NCBI RefSeq assembly: GCF_006345805.1
Contig: NC_042999.1
Location: forward strand, 71,300,001 to 71,364,000
Origin: Octopus sinensis
Taxonomy: Eukaryota
DNA length: 64,000 nt
Reading direction: 5' to 3'
The translations under genes and the position numbers were made by a program. Position 1 is the first letter of the stretch, and each line of letters opens with the position of its first letter. The notes beneath the pieces are model-generated. The model saw only the letters and a list, made by a program, of their open reading frames with translations. It was not told the origin of the DNA and did not search any database. This document shows positions 24,625 through 38,899 of the stretch, piece by piece.

Positions 24625-26158
24625 CACTGCATCCTACATTATTAGGCAAATCAATAAATAAATGTTTTCCAGTTGTTTTCCCTCTGACCGTTGGCAACAC
24701 CTATCTGCGCATATTCTGTTAAAATAAATCGTATCTGCTAAGATGAAAACAAACGACAGCCATTATCGTGTAGCAGCAACATTTTTGCTGTCCCAAATTA
24801 TTAGGCAGGTGCCCAATTTAAGTGTCATTATGGGTCAGAAACGTGATCGTACTTCGAATGAGAATTCTATCGTTGTGTCAGAGCTTGCAAAAGGAAAACA
24901 ACCATAAAAATATCAAAAATACTGGGAAGACATCACTGAACAGTGAAGAAATTTGTGCAGTCTCCTATTTCTGTTGGGTCGAGGACAGATAAGGGTAAAT
25001 CGAGGGTTGCTTAGAATCGTACTTTGTCACGTGGGAAAACGGAAGCTGTGCGTAATCCATGTATGACAAGCAGAGACGTCTTTAAACGTCGTGGCAGGGA
25101 AGACGTATCGAAAACTAGTGTCACCTTTTGAAGCAGGTAGCCAGGTATGTTAAACCTGTTACAAGCCCCCACCCCCACCCCCTCTGAAGGCTGTTCATAA
25201 GCAGAAGTGATTGATGGCCAGAAGAATACAGATCTATTCACTGACGAAAGTCATGCTACCCTTGACGGACCAGATGGCTAGAGTAAATCAATCAGCGGGA
25301 ACCGTCCTCATCGTTTCAGACGTCAACAAGAATGGGGTTGGGGAGGTGGGATCATTTTGGGGGCTGGTATGACTCGGGCCATGGAAAGTCCCAGATGGCA
25401 TTAAGATGACATCGGAAACATATGTTACCTTCTTAAAAGACAATTTCGAACCGTGGTTCAAAAAGCAAAAACTTTCATTCAAGAGAAAGCTGGTCTTCAT
25501 GCAAGATAATGCCCCATCTCATACAGCAAAGAATTCTAGGGAATACCTACAGCAAACAGGCTTATCTGGAGGTCGTTTGATGTAGTGGTCACCTTGCTCC
25601 CCTGACTTAAACCCGTTCGAGAACCTGCAGAGCGTCCTGACGAGGCGTGTTTACCAAGATGGTAAAGTTGTCAAGTAAAGTTGTCATCTGGAGTGCTATT
25701 GTAGATGCTACTCAAAACATGGTACAAGAGGATATCACTATGGCAAATTCAATGGATCAGCGCGTAAGGAAGGGTATGTCATGTGGAGGATCGTACATCA
25801 AACATTAGGAACCGTATGACATTGTAATACCATGATTATTTTCATTCGAACGTACTATGTTTACCATTAAGTCCTTTATGAATAAATTTTTTTGTTAAAC
25901 CTTTACTGTTGAATTAAAGAAATATTTGTTCTGACACAATTATCATTTTTATTATACTTGCCTTATAATTTGTGACGGGGAAAATGTTGCCCAATCACAA
26001 AAAATGGTCGCCATTTGTTGGCGTCTGCGCAGATACGGTGTATTTTAACAGAATATGCGCAGACAAGTGTTGCTAACAGTGGGTAAACAACTGGTTTCGA
26101 ACGAATATACATTTATTCATTGAGAGAAAGTTGATTTGCCTAATAATGTAGGAAGCTG
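24625..26158 (+). mobile_element. Tc1-family DNA transposon relic with long IR/DR termini
   Basis: TA flanks; ~190-bp diverged TIRs with outer and inner ATTATTAGGCA repeats; decayed transposase MGQKRD, FTDESHATLDGPDG, KLVFMQDNAPSH, WSPCSPDLNPFENL. Confidence 0.85.
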
Positions 26159-26176
26159 TATATATAGACTTACATA

Positions 26177-27033
26177 CAGGAAGGCAGTTATAACTGTCTT
26201 AGATTATTGTAATTTTACCATCTCATTACTATATGTCTAATAAGTTGACCTGCTAAGTGTTATTCCACATTGAAGGTGAATTCTGCAACATCACTTTGAA
26301 CACATCCTGTTAAATACTGCTTGTCACAGTTAATTAGTTTTCAGAATGCAGGCAGGAAGTCTGGAAGCTCGCCATGCAATATTGTTTACGTTAAACTGGA
26401 CAAAAAAACGCAACAGAAACTTGTGAAACGCTCCAGACTATTTATGGACTAACTTTTTCGCTAGTAGAGGAGATTCAAGTACGGTAGAGAGGAGGTGAGA
26501 GACGATAGGAAGTGTGGAAGAGATAGAGGGACATCAGAACATCAGTGCTTATTAAGAAAATATGTAATTTTCTTTATGAAGACCATCGTGTGTCGATAAA
26601 AATAATAAGCAAAGACTTTGGAATTGGTATAGTAATCGTACACAGAATTATTCACGAAGATCTGAACATACGTAAAATTTGGGCAAAGTTTGTTTCCAGA
26701 GTGGTCAGTGATGAGCATCCTAGTAACTAACTACTTGACAGAGATGAGTATCAGAACTGTCACTCATCTTCCGTACAGTCTAGACCTGGTTGTTTTCTGA
26801 GCTGAAGGAGAACTTTAGAGGCAGTAGTTTCGAAGACGGCGGAGGCTGTGACAAGGGTTCTGGACACCTTCGTTGTGAAAGACATCCAGTGGGGCCTTCA
26901 AGAAGTAGCTGAAGTGTCACAACCAGTACATTGAAATCAAAGGATCCGACTTTGAAGGAGATTAGAGTTTTGTACTTTGAAATTAATAAATGTCTCGCCT
27001 GCAAAGGTCTGGAAACTTCTGGAATGCATAGTG
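26177..27033 (+). mobile_element. Internally deleted mariner relic
   Basis: HTH remnant (KKRNRNL.., YEDHRVSIKIISKDFGIG), C-terminal remnant, mariner-like right TIR (GGTCTGGAAACTTCTGGAATGC); left TIR poor. Confidence 0.6.
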
Positions 27034-27238
27034 TATAGAAGTCTGTTAGTCTCTTAGTATTCCGAGAGTGAAAATTGTAAAAAAAGAACTAGTACATCGG
27101 GATAGGGTTATATAAATTTGTATCATCAGATTCACTGCAAGAATAAGTAAACATTTTCAGATCTAATTCCCCAGGCTTGTCGTTTTTTCAACACACAAAC
27201 GTACGCGCGCGTATATGTATATGTATGTGTTATATATA

Positions 27239-27726
27239 TCTATATATATAAAACTGTAGTTGTGTGAGTGTCTGTCCCCTTCGATTTAGATTCCTAACTC
27301 CTCCCACATTTTGCGGTGCAGTTTAACCAAATTCGGGTATCTTATAGTCGTGATTAATATCAAGCCCGTCTGGCTATTAGCGCGCGTCTACGATGAGTCT
27401 ACGATTTTAAAAATAATTTAACATCATTTTTTATTCCATTTTAATGCATAATTTTTCGTGTGTCGATGGCGGCGGAGTTGGCGTCCACGCTCAAACACCT
27501 GCACCTGTGTTTGCTTCTCCCCCTTCTTCCCTATCTCGTGAAGCTGTGGGGAAGGGAGTTTAAGGAAATCAACGTCGTAAAGCGTTGTCAAGGAGACCAG
27601 CGTTCTTTTAGAACAACGACTTCATGGCTTGAAGACACCAAAACAGAAATGGAAGTAACTCTCTAAAAAAATGCTTATATAGTTATTTCCCTTACAAACC
27701 CGAGCAACGCCGAGCGATACTGCTAG
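27239..27726 (+). mobile_element. Non-autonomous Helitron
   Basis: 5' TCTATATATATAAAA, 3' GC-rich imperfect hairpin CCCGAGCAACGCCGAG then CTAG; inserted between A and T with no TSD. Confidence 0.8.
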
Positions 27727-30700
27727 TATATATATATGTTTACACAAACCCTTCTTACACTGTGTCGCATTGATTTCTACTGAGAATTACTTCAGGGATA
27801 CACACATATGTGTAATAGTCAGTCATTTATACGCTGTCAAGAACCTGGTAGTATCGTTGATTGACAAGTGAAAAAATTTACTAGATATATTTATTACACA
27901 CATGCACACTCTGGCCTTCTCTGCTTCTCTCCGTCTGTCTGTCTATCTGTCTGTTTTTCTCACTTACATACGCACACATATAGATGGTTGTTTGTGTAAG
28001 TGTGTGTGTGTATGTGTGTGTCTGTAATATGGTCCACTGTATATACATAGATCTAGAATACATTCATATATATGCTTACAAAAATTCTTACAAAACATAC
28101 ACAAAGTGTCACGCAATATAACAAAACAGACGGAAATATAAAAACCAACAAATGCCATTAAACTCTTGTCATTGAAAAGGAAAAGGATAAATGGATAGTA
28201 AGAACATATAATACACACGAGATTTTCTATCTGGCTCGGTGTTAAGTTTCTAAATTTATCAGTAGAAACAATTGTTATTCTACTCTAAAGCTTAAATGTT
28301 AGTGCTCTAAAAAATTCCTGTTACTCGCGATGTATTTATTTCGATCTCGACGCCTACTTCATTTAACGTCCTCTATGAGATTGTATACCAATCTACTTCA
28401 AACATTAATGTATGTATCACTTATTTGTTTCATTGTAGCAGACTCTTCGCTGTTTTGAATCATCTTATTATGCACTGTTTCACTCACCCTGTTAAGGGCA
28501 ATGTCACTAAAGTGCTCCTCTCACCTTGTTTTGCAGTGCTACATTCATCATTTTATCCGATGTTTCTCTCAACTAGTTTTACGGTGCTCAGCTTATCTTG
28601 GTATACAGCCATCCGCTCCTTTTACCATGATGCTACGAGTGAAAGCACTAATGCTGTAATACAGTGCTCCTTTCCTATTATTATACGGCACCCCCTCTCA
28701 ACTTCCTATACCTTTCAACCCTTGTTATAAGATGTGTCACTAATGTTATACGATGCTCCTCTCATTTTGCTATACGGTGCATCTCGCCTTTCTCTACTCC
28801 GCATAACTTATACGATGATATATATATTTTGTTATACAATACACTGTACATCTTGCAATACATTATTCCATTCACTTTTTCATATTATATCTCTCTGCTT
28901 TTGTTATACTTCTACTACGCTGTATGGTACTGTGTGTCACTGTATATTAGTATATAATTCTTTTGTTGACTAGCTACAAAGTTCATATATTTTTCAGGAA
29001 GTAAGGTGGTGGGTAGGGTCAGACAACTATGGTGGGGAGATAACGAGGTATGTTTATTCTTTTTCCAAAAAATATTAGCAGATTAATAAAAGTGAGAGGG
29101 AGGGAAAAGAGTGGGAAGATTTAAAGATTTTAGAGTTCGATTAACCCGAATGATATTCCACTTTACTTAGTGATCACCGATCTTACAGAATTCGAATCTA
29201 CTGAAACCCACTGTGTTTCATTATTCATTAATTTTGCAAAGATGTAAAAGATTTAAGGAGAAAACAAAAGGAAACATGCTAACGATTCAGCAGCAGATAA
29301 ATAAGAGAAAAGCTATAAGGAAATAAGCAGGTAGCGAATTAATTGCAAACGAAATAATCATGTGATTAGATAAAAGACAACGGTTAGGCCCGAAGGGATT
29401 CAGTAAGACAGATGTCGTGTTACTTATTGTTTTTATCTTTGCATTGGTTAGAATGTGAGAACATCATTTAATTATTTCAGTTTCTTGAATCACGTTACCG
29501 CCAATGAGCCGATGGTGGTGGAAGCGATTAAGTTCACGAAAGCAAGCCTATTGTATATATGTATGCTTATGTATATGTGCGTACAGCCTCTCATCTGCTG
29601 TATCTGGAACAAAGTTGACTCAAAATCGTAAAAATGATGAGAAATAAAAACGAATTTTCCAAGTACCATATGAAATAGTTATATTTTATTTTTGTGATGA
29701 AGTCGTAACACCTACCTTTATTATGTGGCAACGTTTTATAATATGTTATAAATATCATCTCATCTATATTTCCACCATCCTATGTCTCTAGCACGCTATC
29801 CTACGGGACTTTCGTCTCCTCTGATCCAACTCAGCTACTTCTCAGATCTTCTATGAACATCATTTCCCTTCCTTCAGATGCAATCTCAGTCTGTATCACA
29901 ATCCTCCCCCGCCAAACAATCTTGATCACTTTTCCTACTGCAACACTTCTCCTAGCATGCAGGAAATCAATACCTTATACGGACCTGCTATATTGTGCCT
30001 TTAGATTTTTGTTATTGTTGTTGTTGGTTTAGCATTGGTCAGCTCTATGTGAGCGAATCTATAATCAAAGGCATTCATGATTTGATCTTCACGTCTTTAC
30101 GATATAGTATAAACAAGGGTACATTATTCTTGATGTATATAACACCGGTCTCTGTGATAATGGTAAGGTGTGATTGAAGGAGAATTTGACTTCTTAAAAC
30201 GGTATCGTGCTATTTCATTTGAGGAAAATTTGGTTGCTATTGCCAGTAAGTAGATCAACTACATAGAGGTTACCCTGTTACTTCGTTATCTTTATGCCAT
30301 TATACTTGTAATAGTAATTATACTAAAATCTGACTGGACATACCAGAGTTTTCAAGGAAGCATGAACTTCCAACTGAAATTCAGCACTTGAGCTAGCTAT
30401 AATTATCTTGACCTAAATAAGAGGTAATAAATGAAGTGGCATGATCTTTGAAAACGTCAAACAAATTAACTGTAATGGTAATGTTTGCATTTTATTCACG
30501 ATAAGGAACTAATTCCATTTAAAGCTATTTTCTGTTCTTACCTCAGAATAACAGTGAGGTTATCATCGTTAGGTCTTCTTCAGACAAGGCGTCGAACGAA
30601 TGTTTTGTCATCATGTGTGACTGCAGGAATTTGAAAAGTAGCAACAACAACAACAATAATGGTTTCAACTTTTGCCACAAGGGCAGCAATTTTAGGGGAG

Positions 30701-30943
30701 GGGATGAGTCGATTACATCTAACCCAGTGTTGAACTGGCACTTATTATGTTAGAGAAAAGCGTATAGCAAAATGAGGGGAGCATCGTATAACAAAACATT
30801 AGTGACACATCGTATAACAAGGGTTGCAAGGTATGGCAACCTGTCTGTACGAGATATTTCAGGATGATTACTGCAGCCGACACGTCGAGGTTATGTTGGA
30901 TGTGTAAATGAAGATATATATGATTGACCGCTAACTCTAAAAG

Positions 30944-31046
<103 letters not shown>

Positions 31047-31235
31047 CGGGAAGCTTTATGAAAATAGACAAAAGACGAAGGCAGGTGGAAAACAAACAAA
31101 CAATTGTATTAGTATGGCGCTCAGGAAATATAAATAAAACAAGTCTTTAACGTTTCGATATATATATATATATATATATGTAGAAGGTTGAAAAGTAACA
31201 CACGCGTTGATATGTATAAGGAAAATCGGACAAGG

Positions 31236-31487
31236 TAGAAAATGATAAATAATTTTATCGTGAAGTACATTTTAGTACCGGTTTCAAACTTTGCGACTTT
31301 TTCAACTTTGAGTAAAACATGAAAAATAATAAAATTAAAGGAAAAATTAAAGGAAAAATTAAAGGAGACGCCGTCTCTGTCCTCGGCCACTGCTGCTTAA
31401 ACAATCAAAATCCAGTACGAACATCCCTGTTATTAAATATGTCTTCACATCTACTACCACCTACCTACCTACCGAGTCTTCACAAAA

Positions 31488-31551
<64 letters not shown>

Positions 31552-32015
31552 GAGAGAAGGAAAATGACCCTTGCATTTGAAAACTATGGAAATATTCTAA
31601 CAGACATTTCGCAGACTGAAACCGGTAGAAAATGTTAAAATAATTTCATCATGAAGAACATTTTAGTACCGGTTCCAGACTTTGCAATTTTTCAACTTAG
31701 AGTAAAGCATGAAAAACAATTAAATTGTGGAAAAATTAAATGAAGTGTTTTTTAAAAATATTTCCATAGTTTTTAAATACAAGGGGCATTTTCCTTTTTT
31801 TCTGTCTGTGTCTCGCTTTTTACTGTTGTGAAGGCTTGGTAGTTGGTAGCAGCTAGTACCAGTCCTAAAAGAATATTTGATATGAGTTCTTGGTTTTGAT
31901 TAAACTGCAGTAGCCGAGGAAGGAGACAGCGAGGAAGAAGAAAAAGAAGAAGACGCAAAGACTGAAGTCGGTACTAAAATGTTTTTCATGATAAAATTAT
32001 TTTAACATTTTCTAC
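31236..32015. repeat. Mosaic of direct and inverted modules (A-B-A'-B inverted-A inverted)
   Basis: A = GTAGAAAATG.TAAA..AATTT.ATC.TGAA..ACATTTTAGTAC at 31236, 31626 and inverted at ~31971-32015; B at ~31365-31600 is inverted at ~31757-31935. Confidence 0.6.
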
Positions 32016-32058
32016 TTTGTCCTATTTTCCTTACTCGTGTTCCTTTTCCACATTCTAC

Positions 32059-32140
<82 letters not shown>

Positions 32141-34611
32141 GTGTGGTGTGGGGGTGTGGTTGCGTGTCTGTGTTTGTCCCCCACCATCACTTGACAGTCG
32201 ATGTTGATGTGATTTCTTCGACTAAAACCTTTCAAGGCGGTGATCCAGCATGGCCACAGTCAAATGATTGAAACAAGTAAAATAGTAAAATAATAAAGGA
32301 ATAATACGTATATTTTTATTAGTATTTAGCAAAAGTAACACAGAGACTCAAGATGTGAGACTTATCACAGTGCCAACACACGAAGCTTGAGTCACCCTTG
32401 TTACTTCCGCTACATATTAATGATAATAATTATATATGTACATGTATAGATATAAATATATTCATAATATATTTACAAGTATAGTTTACCCACTAGAATC
32501 ATTATAAACATTTAACGCTGCCAGAAATTGAACTCTCTCATAGACAGTATTTTTCTTTAGGCATCAAACTTTAGAAATTTATGCTAAATCCCCTTCGCTT
32601 GTACCTCACTAGTCGGGGGTGGATTGTAAAGTTTATGAGCGTACCACCGATGGAATCAATCACATTATTGAAGTTAATAAGATTGGTAACAAAATAGGAG
32701 ATGATATTTCAGGCTGCGTCTTTCTTCGAATTTTATTATGTTTTGCCGATAGATACCACAATTAATAGTTTTATTCAGACTCTGGTTTCTATTTGTATCA
32801 ATGCTCATGTTTACTTTAAATTAACGCTGTTAATACGATTAGATCATGTTCTTTATGACATGGTAACGAAATTTTTCTTTGAATCACAGATTGTTTCTCT
32901 CTAGAATTTGATATTGTTTGAGTTTTAGAATATTCTTCTTATAAAACCATTACTTTAATTAGTCTATTGTGCAAGCTATGAGAGAATTTTTTCTCTCTCT
33001 GTGTAGAAGAAATATCATAATAGCAAATTTAGTGGTTAACAGCTAAATTCTTTTTGTATGCTGTTCAGCCATTGATTAAATAATTTCGAAGTATAACTCT
33101 GCTGAGCTCACCTATACGATATTATGCACTTGGTCGTAAGATGGGATCAGTTGGACTCAACATTTCTTTTATCGCACATAATTATTCAAGCACGATTACA
33201 CACATATATACATTTCCAAACATTTGGGCATTCGTGTGGTGTTGAAAGCATGTCAATAAAACACTCATCAATTTGAAAGTGTTCCTATTGCTTACTTCTC
33301 TACCAGTCTGTGATGAGGAAGATATGCACTGTAGCTAAAGTCATTGCACAACACCTGAGCAGTATACAAACCAACCGCCTTTCTTCGGTGAGTTGTACAC
33401 TAACATATAAGTAAAAAGAAAAAAAAAACATAGCTATGGGTATCCACAAGGACAGTACTTTCTCAAAACATAATAAATAGATAAAAAGTGAAACGTACCG
33501 ATCACAGCTGTACAGATTTACCAAGATCTTGAAGCCAGACTAGAATATTCGAAAAACGAATCCATACAGAGACGAAACAATTTTCAATAACATTAATCTG
33601 ATAAATGTTGTTTATTGTTTACAAAACTATATGCTTCACAGTCTTCAGATTTTTTTTGCATCGTTATTATAAACCTCACACAAAGACAATCGTAACTACC
33701 ACCTTATACTTATACATTGATGCATTCATGCACATTGAAATAATTTGATTGACTTAGTAATATACAAATAATAAAATTACGCAAATCAGTATAGAGACTA
33801 AAACAAATCCTACTTGCATTGGCTAGAAGTAAGTTTATGTAAATAGTGTAAGTATAAGTTACATATAGGAAGAGAATAGTATTGTTTAGAGAATAGAGTT
33901 GTATTGTTTATTATATAAACAATGTGCATATCTAAGTTGAAAATATAGAGTAGAAATGTATTGTAAGTTATATATATATATATATATATATAGTTTTGTT
34001 ATATTAAAGTTATAAATACAGATAAGAAGTGCATGTCAGTTATAAATACAGCTATAAATACAAGCATCTGTATATATAAAAGGCAGGATGTGTGTGTGTG
34101 TGTGTGTGTTTGTACGTGAATGTAGTTTATGCACGTCCACAAATTAGTACGCATGTCGCTTCAATTTTAGGAGAATATTCGTCACCACCCTACCTGGGTT
34201 TTGTCAACTTATTTTTTCCAGAGGCACCAGCAGAGAGCAATAAGAATATATTTTCAACCATAACTTTTACCAATTTTGAAGTTTGCTAACATGAGTTAAG
34301 TCCATTCTTACCATAACAAGTGAAAATGTGTGTGTATGTGAGTATGTGTGTGTGATGGAGAGAGAGAAGTTGTGTGTTGATGTATATATGTGTGTGTGTG
34401 TGAGGGTGGGAGTGAAGTTGTGTGTTGATGCATGTGTGTGTGTGTGAGGGAGAGAGAAAAGTTGTGTGTTGATGTATATGTGTGTGTGTGAGGGAGAGAG
34501 AATATTTGACAGCGTCTAACAAAAGAAGTAAAGAAAAAGTATGTGTAAAAGAAAGGAGAGAGTTTGACAGCGTCTAACAAAAAAGGTAATGAAAAGTGGG
34601 AGGGAGACAAC

Positions 34612-34658
<47 letters not shown>

Positions 34659-35236
34659 TGACAGCGTTTATCAAAAATAAGAATGTAACATGTTTTGTTT
34701 TTTTCTTAAACACGAGATATAGTCTTCAAATTTTGAATGATTTTGAAAGACACTGTATTTTATAATCAGATTATATATACTTTCTAACACAACAATTAAA
34801 ATATATTTTAAATCATATATTTATTTTAAATCATTCATGTTTCTCCCCTTCACTCACACATTACTTTGGGCGCGTCAACATAACTTCTTTGATTAAAGTT
34901 TTCATTTTACGACGAGGAAAAAAAGTGTTTTGTTGAGAATTCATTTATTTAACAACAAAGAAACAAAGAGGTAGGTAACAAATTGTCAGTGAATTACACA
35001 ATATAAATGGGTACCATTTCCAAGGTTTCTACCACATCCCACCTCACCCCGTTTTTCGGACCACAAAACGGGTTTTGTAGAATATTAGGAGGCCAGAGTA
35101 TTTGATTCCACACAAGAAATCCGATTTATTTTTCTTAGTGAAAATCGTGCGAGTGTTAATCTACAAATTTTCCAACATTTTTTCCCTTCATTTCTGTTTA
35201 TGAAAACATATATGCAATAGGTGTATGTACGTACGT

Positions 35237-35276
<40 letters not shown>

Positions 35277-35305
35277 ATGTGCGTGTTGCCCGTATATATT
35301 TATAC

Positions 35306-35351
<46 letters not shown>

Positions 35352-35352
<1 letters not shown>

Positions 35353-35472
35353 AACCAATTTCAACGGATTTCGCCCAAATTTCACGCCAATGTTAGTTTT
35401 GTTTGAAATAAAGAACTTGATTAGCTTAATAATCCTAACTTAATCCCGGGCAAAGCCGGGTTATACTGCTAG
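35352..35472 (+). mobile_element. Helitron 3' end remnant
   Basis: CCCGG-GCAAAG-CCGGG hairpin, then ATACTGCTAG|T; same terminal layout as 27239-27726. Confidence 0.7.
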
Positions 35473-35680
35473 TAGGTAATAAAAATTAAAGGCTAGTACG
35501 TGATATATTGGAAAATCAGATACACAGGTTTGAAGTGTGTAGAAATGTATTGTTGATTATAAGGATTCTGTTGTATGTTGTATACAGAAATGTAAGTTCA
35601 GTACTTCCCTAGGTGCAAACGGGGAGACTATTTCCATTTATACATATATTCTAGGGATATAGGTGAGTCACGCATATATA

Positions 35681-36143
35681 TATGCGTGACTCAGATGATG
35701 GAGTGTTTCTGCACAGTAGAAGTGACGGGAAACTGTTCAATCTCTCGCGCCTGCGTGCCAAGACCAAAATCAGATCTTACGTTACAAGGATGTTTGCAAA
35801 AGGGACATGAAGGCCTGCAACTTCAATATTAGCGGTTGGGAAGCAGTTGCCGGCAACCGTGGAGAATGGCGACGTACCGTAAAAGAGGGAATACAAAGGA
35901 GTGACAGAGAGAGAGAGAGAGGAGAAATGGAAAGAAAAGAAGAGACGTCAACAAGAAACTATGGCATTACAACCAGCCAGGAACAGTCTTCGCTACATTT
36001 GCGGTACCTGCCAGAGGGAGTGTTTGTCCAGGATAGGACTACACAACCACAGCAGGAAATGTATCAGGACATGAAATGTAAAAGCCGGACTAGACTACTT
36101 TATGCGCAACTCCATTGTCTCCCGAGACAAAAAAGGATGCCAA

Positions 36144-36146
<3 letters not shown>
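35681..36146 (+). pseudogene. RTE (BovB-like) LINE fragment, internally deleted
   Basis: SDDGVFLHSRSDGKLFNLSRLRAKTKI joined to LRYKDVCKRDMKAC; C2H2 YICGTCQRECLSRIGLHNHSRKC; RTE-like 3' end CCATTGTCTCCCGAGAC. Confidence 0.85.
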
Positions 36147-36194
<48 letters not shown>

Positions 36195-38590
36195 CGTAAG
36201 CGATACACTGACTGCAAAGTGTAATGTAAGTCACATACATATGCAGACTAAAGCCTATGTAAGTTATATATACCAACTAGGGCTGTCATAAGTAATACGT
36301 ACAAACTACTGCACATAATCTAAACATACAGACTAGAGGTTTATATAATCTCTCTCTATATATAGACCAAAAAATGTGTATAATCTGTTTAATTAATTAT
36401 AAATAAGTTTACATATGTTAGCTTCGTTTTGACAAACGAAATGTTCGGAGTCGCAATAATGTCGATGTATTCACTGGAATACTTTGTTTACGTCTTATAA
36501 GTTATACATACAGAAGCGAACGTCGTAGATATTTATTTCCTAGCGAGTAGTGGGTCTGTATTACGGATACGGTTCTTGATCGAAGTAATTTTAATCTAAT
36601 TTATACAGCAAATTCCCTTGGATAAAATACCGCATTTTCGCCCAATTCTATTATAACAGAATGCTTAGGTATTAGACGAAACACTCACATAACAGCAAAT
36701 ATAGTGAAAAATCAAACTTCATTAGAAAACCATACCTTTGTAAACAAGGTGTTACTTGAATGAATATAAGCCTCACAAAACACTACCTATATTTTTTCCT
36801 TGTCTTCCCTGCAAAATGAAAATAAAGGCACTTCGGTGACGTCTCAAAATGTAAGGATTTGCAACTTAACACCGGAAAGCATTTATGTAACTTCCAACGT
36901 CTCTCCTACACCACTGTCAACCACAAAGTCAATTGTAACAAAATACAAAATATTTAATTAAAATAGCGTTAAAGCATAATGTTTCCCTCTGAGCTGAGTC
37001 AACATAACTTCTTTGATTAAAGTTTGTAGCTGCTTCATTAGAAACCTATGAACATCGTAAGTTTTCATTTTCTCTCGACCTAAACTGTACTTTTACCCGC
37101 CAAAAGAAATTTTTCATATGGTTTGCATATCAGTGACAGGTTGGTGCAAGTAGTGTAGCGCTTGACTACTCATTTCATTTTTGAATCGGCTTTAAGCCAG
37201 TTATGATAGAAATGGATGTTAGCAATTCGTCCTGTGAATAATTTATTACGGCCAATCCCGTATCAACCTGTGCTCAGCAAAGCAAGTTAACATTTATCAA
37301 TGTTAAAGAGCTGCCGCAGCTCACACCGGAGATCTATCCTTGTCATGTCATTTACTTTCAGCCTCGTGGGTTTGTTTCTCGAGATGAAAATAAGTCGATT
37401 ATGCTTTTAGCCCTGAGCTGAAGATCGCATTCGAATCGTTGACGTCTGAATAGTTTGTCTGGCATACTATCCTCAAATCATGTACCACACACGAAAAACA
37501 CGCTAAATGCCTTACCACTGTAAGAAATTTAGTATGATATAGAGAGTTCATGTACATTCTAAGTTCAAAACCTGTCGAGTACAGGTTTTTCTTTGTCTAG
37601 TGTATATGAAAAAAGTACTGATAATGTATTCCTGTCAGTTTATTTGATTATAAATCTCCTGAAATGATTGGCTGTCTGAATACGGAAGAAAAAATCAGCA
37701 TATGACGAAATCAGTGTAAACTGAGCTGACCTATAGGCATTTCGCTTGAAGTCTGAAGCTTTGAAATGACAAAATATTCAGCATATGTATATACGAACGG
37801 AAACTCCAAACGCCAAACAACAAAAGCAACTTACAGTTTTTGCTGAAAATTTCACATTTTACTAACCTTTAGGGCAGCATTTATGAGAATGTGATTAATG
37901 AAACAAACAGCAATACAAAACTCTTGCTGAGAAAGATTATCCAGATGCTAAAAGCTACATAAAATTATTCATACACATACCAAAATATGTACTACATTTC
38001 AATTTGATCCACAATTATTTGTTTTTGTTTTAAATACATTCCACTTTATACATGTTATCTGTTTTAATTTTGTCATCATACATATCTAGGGAAAATCAGC
38101 TTTACTGAGACAAAGTTGTATCCATAAACCAAAGGTAGTGATAGAATATGGAGTCCTAACTTACTGGCTGGTTGTGCAGTACAAGATTGATACAGCTGCC
38201 TGGGTTCTAATCCTGGTAATACAATAAATGAAATATCGTCTCGGTATTAATAATTTCACAATCACTCAGGCATAGTTGCCACTGTATAGCAGCAAGCCGA
38301 GACTGTGAAGCAGTTTCATTACCGCATTCAAGTTAATTAACTTGACTTATTTAATAATACCGAAGAAGGCATAAAACTAAGTGTATTCACCTTTTAAAAT
38401 TTAAGGGTTTCCCGAACTAGTTAAAACGAATTATACAGTGGTAAGTTTTAGTTGTTTAACCTAGATCATCCTTGATCCAGCCGATCTTCGATTAAAGGTG
38501 TTCCATCTGTCAACAGTCACGTATTTTATTGGTGTCATACTTTATCGGGGACTATATTTACCAATGTGTCATGATTTCTTTCTCAGTGAA

Positions 38591-38899
38591 GGCGCATGGC
38601 TTAGTGATTAGAGCGTCGTTAGGTTGTGAGTTCAAATCCCGGATCGGGCAGCGTTTTGTGTTCTTGAGCAAGACACTTTATTTCACGTTGCTCCAGTTCA
38701 CTCAGCTGTAGAAATGAGTTGCGACGACACAGGTGCCAAGCTGTATCGTACTTTCCCTTGGATAACACTGGTGGTGTGGAGACGGAAGGTCGGTATGCAT
38801 GGGCGACTGCTTGTCTTCCATAAACAACCTTTCCCGGATGTGTGCCTGGGAGGGTAACTTTCTAGGTGCAATCCCTTGGTCAATCATGATCGAAGGGGG
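38591..38899 (+). mobile_element. SINE family C
   Basis: GGCGCATGGCTTAGTG head, GAGTTCAAATCC B-box, GTTCTTGAGCAAGACACTTTATTTCACG core. Confidence 0.8.

Noticed and set aside
28710-30835. ~70-bp inverted match between ~28710-28775 and ~30755-30835
   Set aside because: Both lie in a degenerate TTATACGATG-type repeat; there is no TSD or coding sequence between them, so two dispersed copies are more likely.
31773-31990. Acidic EEGDSEEEEKEED reading (+) and a hydrophobic 61-aa ORF (-)
   Set aside because: Purine-rich low-complexity sequence inside the inverted-repeat mosaic.
34345-34680. Regularly spaced repeats resembling a CRISPR-like array
   Set aside because: Degenerate TG/AG minisatellite with no unique spacers, no cas genes and a eukaryotic context.
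34874-37025. Identical 28-mer at 34874-34901 and 36998-37025
   Set aside because: Too short to define an element; probably fragments of an old dispersed repeat.
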